From an uncultured Planctomycetaceae bacterium (GTDB lineage Bacteria; Planctomycetota; Phycisphaerae; Sedimentisphaerales; UBA12454), in NCBI GenBank assembly GCA_964581585.1, contig CAZOPG010000001.1:1-24102 (forward strand): 24,102 bases of DNA, given 5' to 3'. Below are positions 14,369 to 22,293 of the stretch, in pieces. Numbering within the stretch: position 1 is the first letter of the stretch; each line of letters opens with the position of its first letter. The notes below the pieces were generated by a model that saw only the letters and a program-made list of their open reading frames with translations, ran no database searches and was not told the DNA's origin. Made by a program: the position numbers and the translations under genes.

Positions 14369-16915
14369 TCATTTACGTCCTATCCATAGTGTGGCGTATT
14401 TGTCCTCGTAAAGTTTCCGAGGTTTTGCAGCCTCATAGCTTGATGGTTCCTGGCATGTATCGCAAGCTTTTTCGAGGCCGCTGGCGGTTAGAACAATATC
14501 GACGTTCGCATCGAGTGAAAGTGTTTCAATCTTTTGTGTCCATGGAGATAGAACTTTTATTTGCGTCGAGGCGCTGTTGCGAGATTTAAGTTTAATAAAT
14601 TCAACTTTGCCTATAGAAATTTTTGAAGATACAGCAATGTTTCCTTCCGCGACAAAATCTACAAATTGAGCATCCTTATCCTCTGGCCATCCGGGGAATA
14701 CTCGGATAAGGCCATTTTGACTTTGAAGCAGTGTTTCGGTAACCATAGTTAGATAATCGCTGCTTCCCTCTATCAAGGACACGCTGCGTTCTTTAGTCTT
14801 GATATTAGGGCTGGTTTTGTCACCATTGTGCCAGGGCTCCCGTTTCGGCATCATTTCATTTACATCTACTAAAGATTCATCAGGGATATTATTTATATTC
14901 TTTTCACTTAAATCACTTGGGCATACAACCGCTGCGTCATGACTAATCGTACCATTGGGCTTTGAATAGCATCGAAGGAACATCGGCAAATATAAATCCC
15001 AAAAATCATCTTTTCTTCCAAGACGCAGTGCCGTCATCGCCCGGAAGAAACACTGCCAGACACACCTGAAATAAAAACCCTCATCACAGGCGTATGAGGT
15101 CTCCGGTGTTTTCCAGAGAACAGAGTCCAACGTATCGTTGTACAATTTCACTTCTTCCGGGGTCGAGGCTGCATCTACCTGCCCACAGGGATAAACCGGA
15201 TACAGACAGCCTGCCTGACCGACATGATGGTTTGGGTCGATACCATCGCCATCCAGAATAATATTCCGTCCCTTGGCGTCTGTGCCTGTTGGATATGAAG
15301 GGAAGTTGTCCAAAACATCCTTCCATTGAGCCACATACGCGCCATTATCATTCAGTATTCCAGCAGCCTCGGTTGCGGTTTGCAGGCACACCTGCAATGT
15401 CGAAGTTGTCAACACGGCGTCTGCGACATCCGCAACATCAAGCTCACATGCGTGACAGGGCCATAAATGATATGTCCCATCTTCGTCTTTTTTCATAATG
15501 TTCAGATAGAAATCCAACACCTCTTTAAGGAACGGATAAATTTTTGTTCTTAGCTGCTCAACATCTCTGCGATAACGCCAGCAAAGACAGTGCATCAACG
15601 CTACATAGGAGCCGCCATAAAAGAAGCGATAATTTCCTACCCCCCCCATTACAGACTTACCAACAGCATTGAAACACATATCAAAATGAGCGCCGCTTAC
15701 GCCCCATATTTCCAAAGCAAGCCGGCGGGCTGTAGGCAGGAATGATTCGTACATGTCAAGGAAAGACTCAAACAATTCACTGTGATTCAGAGCATGAACA
15801 GGGTAGAACGGGCACTGTACATTAAGATCGTTATGCATATCACCTGTCCATGGACTGATTTGAACCGGGCCGGTACTTGGGCCATAAAGAAGCCCCAGCA
15901 ATCCAGGCATCGGCGCTTTCCTATAGTTGCTGCCGATTATATACAGTGAACTGTAGAATAGCTGCTCCAGGGCCTTGTCGCCGAGTTCTACCCACGATTT
16001 CTGCCAGTAATCGTGCCACCAGGTGGTGTGAGTTTTCTTTTGCTGTTCGTGGCTTTGGGCTATTATGCTATCCAGTTTTTCGTGTGCATGTTTAAGTGGA
16101 TCATCACATTCGCGGCCGGAGGCAACTGTGATAAAAACATCAAAATCGCCGGTTACACTTATAATGCCGAAACGGCCGACGACTTCGTTTTTTACCTGGC
16201 CTAATTCTGGTGGCCGCCATTTAGGACGCAACAATTTTTCAGTTTCGGCCCTTAAAGCATTCGATTTTCTGGGGATTACCTGGATAGCCGCGACATAATC
16301 GCCGCATTCGGGTACTGACATTTTCATTACAATACGCCCATTTTCACTACTAAGAACCGCTTCAGGCAGTTCGATGTCATAAGGCTTTGAAAAATACAGC
16401 TTTGTCATAAATGAAGACAGCGGTGAAACATCACGAACATTTATTACGAGTACATCTTCGGCGGCGTGCATGAACGATTCTACTTTAGGATGACAAAGAT
16501 GCTTATCAAGCTGCAAATATAAAGTGGCATCGTGCAGACTCATCCTGCTATGCACGTTCGGCGGAGCTGCCAGTGTGCCTGCCCCAGCACTGGTTGCAAG
16601 GTCCATAGTCAGAAGGCAGCAGCTCTTCGGGCCCAGACCTAATATTTCTGAGTTAATCATCTCCCTGTCACGGAAATCTCTTATGGAAGCTCCGTCGCGA
16701 ACCATCTGTTCGGCTTCATCGGGCGGTATTATCTCTCTAACATCATGAACTCTGCCATCGATTATATCCGTTTTATTCACCACCCACTGGAGGGACTGGT
16801 CGGCATAAAAGACAGAGCCCATACTTCCATTGCCGAGCAGAAAGCCGTCCTGCCAGCAGCTTGGCGGCGTTTCGTAAATAATGTCATATTGAGATATGAA
16901 TTTTTTCCAGTCCAT
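14369..16915 (-). CDS. GH95-like (alpha/alpha)6-barrel glycoside hydrolase, no signal peptide
   Basis: N-terminal WQDGFLLGNGSMG, then PMPGLLGL..W..DMHNDLNVQ, GVSGAHF, IYPFLKEVLDFY, and C-terminal IEG...ETLLQSQNGLIRVFPGWP...FVAEGNIAVS. All are GH95-type landmarks. Confidence 0.75.
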   Translation of the reverse strand: MDWKKFISQYDIIYETPPSCWQDGFLLGNGSMGSVFYADQSLQWVVNKTDIIDGRVHDVREIIPPDEAEQMVRDGASIRDFRDREMINSEILGLGPKSCCLLTMDLATSAGAGTLAAPPNVHSRMSLHDATLYLQLDKHLCHPKVESFMHAAEDVLVINVRDVSPLSSFMTKLYFSKPYDIELPEAVLSSENGRIVMKMSVPECGDYVAAIQVIPRKSNALRAETEKLLRPKWRPPELGQVKNEVVGRFGIISVTGDFDVFITVASGRECDDPLKHAHEKLDSIIAQSHEQQKKTHTTWWHDYWQKSWVELGDKALEQLFYSSLYIIGSNYRKAPMPGLLGLLYGPSTGPVQISPWTGDMHNDLNVQCPFYPVHALNHSELFESFLDMYESFLPTARRLALEIWGVSGAHFDMCFNAVGKSVMGGVGNYRFFYGGSYVALMHCLCWRYRRDVEQLRTKIYPFLKEVLDFYLNIMKKDEDGTYHLWPCHACELDVADVADAVLTTSTLQVCLQTATEAAGILNDNGAYVAQWKDVLDNFPSYPTGTDAKGRNIILDGDGIDPNHHVGQAGCLYPVYPCGQVDAASTPEEVKLYNDTLDSVLWKTPETSYACDEGFYFRCVWQCFFRAMTALRLGRKDDFWDLYLPMFLRCYSKPNGTISHDAAVVCPSDLSEKNINNIPDESLVDVNEMMPKREPWHNGDKTSPNIKTKERSVSLIEGSSDYLTMVTETLLQSQNGLIRVFPGWPEDKDAQFVDFVAEGNIAVSSKISIGKVEFIKLKSRNSASTQIKVLSPWTQKIETLSLDANVDIVLTASGLEKACDTCQEPSSYEAAKPRKLYEDKYATLWIGRK

Positions 16916-16929
16916 TTTTGCTCCAAAGA

Positions 16930-18978
16930 TTACTTTTTATAGGGAATACGAATTATCAAAGGCCTAAATGCCTCACAAAGGTGTTTTATCGTCCAGGTTT
17001 GCCGATTATCATTTGTTTGCTGAGAAGAGACATTCAACTTTTCTAATTTGCCCTGATCCGAGACATAAAGGGCTTTGTCGGCAGGCAGAGTGGTTTCGTG
17101 TACAAAGGTTACCTTGATTTCGGAACAAGAATCATAAGACGGATTGGTCAGGCACGCTGTCAAAATTTCGCCGTCATCCCAGCACTGTACAAAAAAGTCT
17201 GTAGGCTCTTCTACAAATACTGGCAAAACTGATTGGTCCATCCATTCGATTATTTTTCTCAGCATAAAGCCACGCTGATAACACAGCAAATGTCGAGCAT
17301 CACCGTCGTCGGCTGATATCCGATGGGGCAGCACAGCGACTTTGCCTCCACGTGAATTCTCATAAAGAACAACACCATTACAAACATCCTGACGCTCGGC
17401 ATCAACGATGGTAGAGATAACTTTTACATCTTTACAGCGTGGTAGCAGATTGGAAATACCATCTACGTTATTCTTAAGCGTTATGTAGGTATCGGTGTAC
17501 GGGCCGTTGAACTCTGCATCCTTACATTCCTCCGCCATCCAGGATTGGGGTGTCTCTCCGATAGTTACACCGATGTCATTGCTATAGCCTATATCCGCCA
17601 ATGTTTCGGCGGCGACGGCATCGAGAATTACGCCCTGGCTGAGAATCTTTTCTATTCTATCTTTGGATATCGCTCTGACGGAGTCGCCGGCCAAGAGCTT
17701 TACGGGGGATTCGTCAAGAGTATAACACAGGCCCAAGCCACCAAAAATTCTGGCCAGAACAAACGCCGGCCAAACCAGATCACTGGCGGCGTTTACTTTT
17801 AATTTTGACTCTTTCGCTGAGTTAAAATCAAAGATCATCTGTATGCCCTGCTTGGTACCGTTTTTGGGTCTTATCTTGTAAACCGTATCAAAGAATGGTT
17901 TTTCTTTTGGCAGGTTCTCGCGATATGCTGGCTCGATATCAACATGGTCACCTACATAGCCGGCTAGCGAAATCGCCATATTCGGCATCCCTTTCAAAAG
18001 CGATTGTAAAATATCAAATCGTACAACAGTCATACTTTTGGACATGCGAGTAAAGGGAGCTGTCTCTATCTCTGGTGTATATTCAAAATCCAGGCCAGAT
18101 AGATAATAATTTGTCATCTCCATATATATTGTACCTGCTGGAATTTGGCGGTGGTTGTCATCGGAATACGGGCCGATACAGGGTCGAATTATCGGCCTGA
18201 CACCATCTTCCAGCTTTTCGAGAACATTGGTCAGGGTATGACCTACGACCGGCAGCGGATGAACACATGGAACCATCATTCCCATCGCAATATCAGGATT
18301 AACCTCATGAACGGCACGAGCCAGGTCGTCTGCCCAGCCAACAAGACTTTCTCCGAGCATTTCAATCCATTGCTTTCTGGTATCAGGGTCGTTATAAAGA
18401 GCCCCTTTCAATTGTTCAGGGTTCCATTGCCGGCCGGTAACCTCAGAAAACAAGCTCAGATGTAACGGGCAGAAACAGCCCCAGTGCGTTTTAGTCGCTT
18501 CATAACGCAAATCATCATCAATGTAGAAATATTCGGGGTTACATTCAGCGTAAATTTTATATATCTCTAAGACGTGCTTTTTGAGAGCCGGGTCTGCGGG
18601 ACATGGACTGGTATAGGTGAATTGGCCGTCAACGTCGGTCTTCCAGTATTTAATATCGGGGAATCTCTCGCGGTGATCCCATCGGCACATATCCATCCCG
18701 AATGTAACGCCCATAAAGAGGCCGAGTTTTATGCCGTGTTTGCCGAGTTCTTCGCTTGCATATTTGAGCGTTTCGGTTTCTTTGCGGGCTATATCAGTGG
18801 GGATCATGTTCCAACCCATGTGCTGATGGGCACACATGAGCATTACATGCTCGGTGCCAGTAGCCTTGCAAAAATCGATCATTTCCCCGACTCGCTGCTC
18901 AGCGCACCAATACGGAAGATAATAGCGGAGAATATAATTAACGGTGTCAGGTTTAAATATACGTTTTTGTTTTGCCAA
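16930..18978 (-). CDS. Unclassified putative glycoside hydrolase (TIM barrel with GATase-like/trimerisation C-domain)
   Basis: 682 aa, no signal peptide. SPCPADP, YFYIDDDLRY, WGCFCPLHL and TPEIE, then a GATase-like region (RIEKILSQGVILDAVAA; YENSRGGKVAV). The family assignment is inferred. Confidence 0.55.
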   Translation of the reverse strand: MAKQKRIFKPDTVNYILRYYLPYWCAEQRVGEMIDFCKATGTEHVMLMCAHQHMGWNMIPTDIARKETETLKYASEELGKHGIKLGLFMGVTFGMDMCRWDHRERFPDIKYWKTDVDGQFTYTSPCPADPALKKHVLEIYKIYAECNPEYFYIDDDLRYEATKTHWGCFCPLHLSLFSEVTGRQWNPEQLKGALYNDPDTRKQWIEMLGESLVGWADDLARAVHEVNPDIAMGMMVPCVHPLPVVGHTLTNVLEKLEDGVRPIIRPCIGPYSDDNHRQIPAGTIYMEMTNYYLSGLDFEYTPEIETAPFTRMSKSMTVVRFDILQSLLKGMPNMAISLAGYVGDHVDIEPAYRENLPKEKPFFDTVYKIRPKNGTKQGIQMIFDFNSAKESKLKVNAASDLVWPAFVLARIFGGLGLCYTLDESPVKLLAGDSVRAISKDRIEKILSQGVILDAVAAETLADIGYSNDIGVTIGETPQSWMAEECKDAEFNGPYTDTYITLKNNVDGISNLLPRCKDVKVISTIVDAERQDVCNGVVLYENSRGGKVAVLPHRISADDGDARHLLCYQRGFMLRKIIEWMDQSVLPVFVEEPTDFFVQCWDDGEILTACLTNPSYDSCSEIKVTFVHETTLPADKALYVSDQGKLEKLNVSSQQTNDNRQTWTIKHLCEAFRPLIIRIPYKK

Positions 18979-18990
18979 AATTGCAGCTCC

Positions 18991-20163
18991 TTATTTTTTA
19001 ATTTTCCATTTCTTTTTCATAGCCAACATCTCTTTGTTTAGCTTGATTTTACGAGAGGTGATCTGATTTTTCTTATCATATATCCAGTTGCCTTGAATAT
19101 CACGCAATACTGGCATACGTTTGGCTACTGCCGGAACCTTCTTAGCTCGGCAGGGTTTGTCAGCGTACCAATACGCGGTACTGCTCATCTCATTACAGAC
19201 ATGATTGCCGTGGCCGTGCTCAATGGTAACCTTAATTTCCTTTTGAAATCGGACGGGGTTTTCGATGTGATGGACATAGCTGCTCTGGTAGCCTCCGCCG
19301 GTAGAGTGCCTCGGACAAAGTAAAGCATTTTCGCCCTGCAGGGTGTTCTTCTCAAAGATCGAGGAACCGTTATGCAGAAAGGCATTATCCTGCATTCCCC
19401 AAGCCTGATTGAGATAATCTTCTCCTCCGGTGCCATGCAGATCGGGTGGCCATTTATACCCGTCAACCCAGATCATATCATCGCCTTCACCCCACCAGGT
19501 ACCCTGAAAATTACTGACACTGATATTGCAGCCGATATAATGGCCGCGACCTTTGGTTTCAAGGATAACATAATTATTATCCCACGCAGTGCGCTGCTTG
19601 TTGGCAATATCTGCTTCCGGCGTGTTAACTAATATCTCATGTGCCCAGCCGCCAAATGGGTTTTCTCTGTGCCATTCGGTGTGGAAATAACCAACCCTAT
19701 CCGGAATTTCATCGTATGTTTCGTAGTCAACATAGAAAAATTGTCGGTGGTCTTCTTTGCTCTCATTGATAAGCTCTACTACAGCCCGCTTTGCAAAAGG
19801 CATCTGAACATAGCAGTTTAACGCACAGCCTTGATTAAACTGGTTGTCAAAAAGTGTTGATGCTGAAAATAGAAGGGACTGATAGGAATTGACTATCCCA
19901 TGGCCAAGACCAAAAAAATCGCCCAGCGGACAAAGCACGCTTGGGTACTTTGCATCATCCCAGGTTATTTTCAGCAAGCACTCGCGGTAGTGATTGGGCT
20001 GCGTCATCCATATATGCGTAATGCAGCCGGGGCCTTTGATGTCTGCCAAAACTTTGCTCTGGCCAGGCTTGATAAGCCAACTATCTGCGTTGCGTCCCGT
20101 TTTGTCCCAGGAAGAAAACCTTCCTGTTTTATGCCTCTTGATTTTTGTAAGTTCACTAAGCAT
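18991..20163 (-). CDS. DUF2961 / GH172-family glycoside hydrolase, no signal peptide
   Basis: RFSSWDKTGRNAD, GPGCITHIWMT, PLGDFFGLGHG, WWGEGDDM and HGTGGEDY (both putative catalytic Glu present), and VTIEHGHGN. Confidence 0.9.
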   Translation of the reverse strand: MLSELTKIKRHKTGRFSSWDKTGRNADSWLIKPGQSKVLADIKGPGCITHIWMTQPNHYRECLLKITWDDAKYPSVLCPLGDFFGLGHGIVNSYQSLLFSASTLFDNQFNQGCALNCYVQMPFAKRAVVELINESKEDHRQFFYVDYETYDEIPDRVGYFHTEWHRENPFGGWAHEILVNTPEADIANKQRTAWDNNYVILETKGRGHYIGCNISVSNFQGTWWGEGDDMIWVDGYKWPPDLHGTGGEDYLNQAWGMQDNAFLHNGSSIFEKNTLQGENALLCPRHSTGGGYQSSYVHHIENPVRFQKEIKVTIEHGHGNHVCNEMSSTAYWYADKPCRAKKVPAVAKRMPVLRDIQGNWIYDKKNQITSRKIKLNKEMLAMKKKWKIKK

Positions 20164-20184
20164 AATTAAAAAACCTTTTAGGTT

Positions 20185-20212
20185 AAGATGAGAATTTGTG
20201 TGAGTCTGTCAA
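20185..20212 (-). promoter_or_regulatory. Possible internal promoter upstream of GH172
   Basis: TTGACA (20212-20207), 16 nt, CATCTT (20190-20185). The -10 match is weak. Confidence 0.35.
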
Positions 20213-20223
20213 CTGTTTCAGAT

Positions 20224-21270
20224 TCATTGAATCCTTAGTTGCTTAAATTCGTCCTCGATATGGGGCTGCATAACCCAAAAAGTTTTCGGGTCATTTTGGG
20301 GATTAGCGAAAGTTAAATAAGCTGTTCCGTGATTATGCCTATTGATCGTACCCTGACTTGTCTCATCGCAGGTCGATATAAATTTCATGACCTCTTCAGC
20401 TGTGCATTTACCACCATGCTGTTGAGCGAAATTGATAAGATTATCACGCCTTGCGTGTGTTGTCTCTGATTCTGGGAATTCACTGGCACCCATAGCGGCC
20501 AATTGTTTTTTGATCTCATCATCGACAACATGATTTGTTATCGCGGCACAGTCCTGGGCCGGTATCTCAAATAAACCGGCAGTGGTATTGTGGGCACAGA
20601 AAATTCCGCCGTTTGCATCGACACAAACCATATTCATCGTAAATGGATGCTCCTTGCAAAAATCTCTGACCTGGTCCACTGTTGTGCAAGTCTGCATTAT
20701 TATTCTTATCGCCAAATCCTGATTGATCGCATTGTCAAGTTTCTTTAAGTCAGGAAGAACCTGGGACGAAATGCCTATAGAAAGGCCTTTTTCATTAGTG
20801 GTTCTGGAAGCCCAACTTGTTCCTGTAATAGGGAATGTAATCATAGCATAGCCATCATCAGGCTGGAAACACACGGGACCACAATATAATTCAACAGGAT
20901 CGTCCAATGCCCCTGTGCAAGCCACGGTGCCATCATCGAGAGTAATTGCGAAGCTTGAACAGGCTCGCCCAGGCTTGCCGTAATAGCTGTATTGCCATGC
21001 GCGTAAATTCAAAAAAAGTATATCCTTAAAACTGACGTCCAGAGCCTGTCCAACGCCTGCCATTTCTTCCAAGAGCCAGGGCCAGTTATCTGACAAAATA
21101 GACTCCTGGTTGTTGACCCATTTGTGAAAATCAGGATCATCCAGCGGCAGGGGGTCGGGTGGTAGGCAATTTCGTTCGACGAGGATGCTTAGATTTTTGC
21201 GGATTCCATCGGCACATACTTTACCATATTCTTGGCCAATTTGGCCGGGGGTACCTTTAAGTGTAATCAT
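20224..21270 (-). CDS. Peptidase C45-family Ntn-hydrolase (acyltransferase/amidase)
   Basis: TLKGTPGQIGQEYG, LLEEMAGVGQA and ILFLN, then RA-C104-SSF (candidate autocleavage nucleophile), TTNEKGLSIG, ITNHVV and RRDNL. SD GGAGA. Confidence 0.75.
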   Translation of the reverse strand: MITLKGTPGQIGQEYGKVCADGIRKNLSILVERNCLPPDPLPLDDPDFHKWVNNQESILSDNWPWLLEEMAGVGQALDVSFKDILFLNLRAWQYSYYGKPGRACSSFAITLDDGTVACTGALDDPVELYCGPVCFQPDDGYAMITFPITGTSWASRTTNEKGLSIGISSQVLPDLKKLDNAINQDLAIRIIMQTCTTVDQVRDFCKEHPFTMNMVCVDANGGIFCAHNTTAGLFEIPAQDCAAITNHVVDDEIKKQLAAMGASEFPESETTHARRDNLINFAQQHGGKCTAEEVMKFISTCDETSQGTINRHNHGTAYLTFANPQNDPKTFWVMQPHIEDEFKQLRIQ

Positions 21271-21324
21271 AATATTGTCTCCGGAATTGAATATTTTTTT
21301 GAAAGAAAGGTTGGAACATTATTG

Positions 21325-22263
21325 TTATTTGAACTCTCCTCTGATTACCATAAGCCTTACTGTCTTAAGAACCTCCTCAGCTTTCTTCTGCCGGTCAAGC
21401 ATATCTTTCATTGTCGCGAGCATGTCAGCTTCTTCAGTGATTTTGCACTGATTCATTTCTGCGCTCGGCTGGAGTTGTTTGAGAAATTCGCCTCCATTTG
21501 GAATACTTTTGGAAAATTTTTTGATTATCGTCCGCAACTGTTTTTCAATTATCCGCATATCCATGCTATATTTTGTTTTTTTCCAGTTATCAAACGACCC
21601 AAAAAGCAACTGCCCGAATGCCGCAGGTTCATGAAAAGAACCGCTAGTCTGGGACCAGCAGTCTAAAGAAATAGGTGCAACAACAGATCGTGTACGATTC
21701 AGATTTAATCCCCACAACTGGCCCGTTTTCGGTGTGTCACCAATTAACGAAAATGGTATCGTCGCTTCAACTATCCATGCATCCTTTTCATAACTAACTG
21801 CTGCCCTGAAGTCCTCTACGTTGCCTCCGTGTGGCCCGCCATATCCTTTATGCGCCAGAAGCGATCCGCCACTGCTGACGAGGTATTGGTTATAAGTAGA
21901 GCGGTCAAGATTAATATCGATAAAGACCTCAACAGATTCACTGAAACCATCTTTGATTTTTAGCGCCTGCAATACCTTGTCCATCTGGGGCTCGCAACAT
22001 CTAAAAGCCACCAGCAAATCTTTTTCTGTCATTCCGATTTTTACATAAGTCTGAGCCTCAGCCAGGCCGGAACGTGTCCGTAGACAGGTGAAATCGCTCG
22101 TTTCAACCAGGCCCTGCCAGCAAGCATCGTCAAGTTTTCCGTCAATTACCGGCGACTCCTTCACGGATGGAACGGTATAAATTCTCTGGGGAACTTCCTG
22201 GCCTGAAACGAATGACACTGCTACCAGAAAAATAATCGCTATTAGAAAAATTTGTTTAATCAT
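21325..22263 (-). CDS. Exported CBM9-like (DOMON-type) sugar-binding protein with a helical C-terminal extension
   Basis: Signal peptide, then SPVIDGKLDDACW, LLVAFRCCEPQM, ESVEVFID, WIVEATIPFSLI, WGLNLNR and FHEPAAFGQL. SD AAGGAG. Confidence 0.8.
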   Translation of the reverse strand: MIKQIFLIAIIFLVAVSFVSGQEVPQRIYTVPSVKESPVIDGKLDDACWQGLVETSDFTCLRTRSGLAEAQTYVKIGMTEKDLLVAFRCCEPQMDKVLQALKIKDGFSESVEVFIDINLDRSTYNQYLVSSGGSLLAHKGYGGPHGGNVEDFRAAVSYEKDAWIVEATIPFSLIGDTPKTGQLWGLNLNRTRSVVAPISLDCWSQTSGSFHEPAAFGQLLFGSFDNWKKTKYSMDMRIIEKQLRTIIKKFSKSIPNGGEFLKQLQPSAEMNQCKITEEADMLATMKDMLDRQKKAEEVLKTVRLMVIRGEFK

Positions 22264-22293
22264 TTTTTATCTCCTTGCTGAGTTGAATTATAT

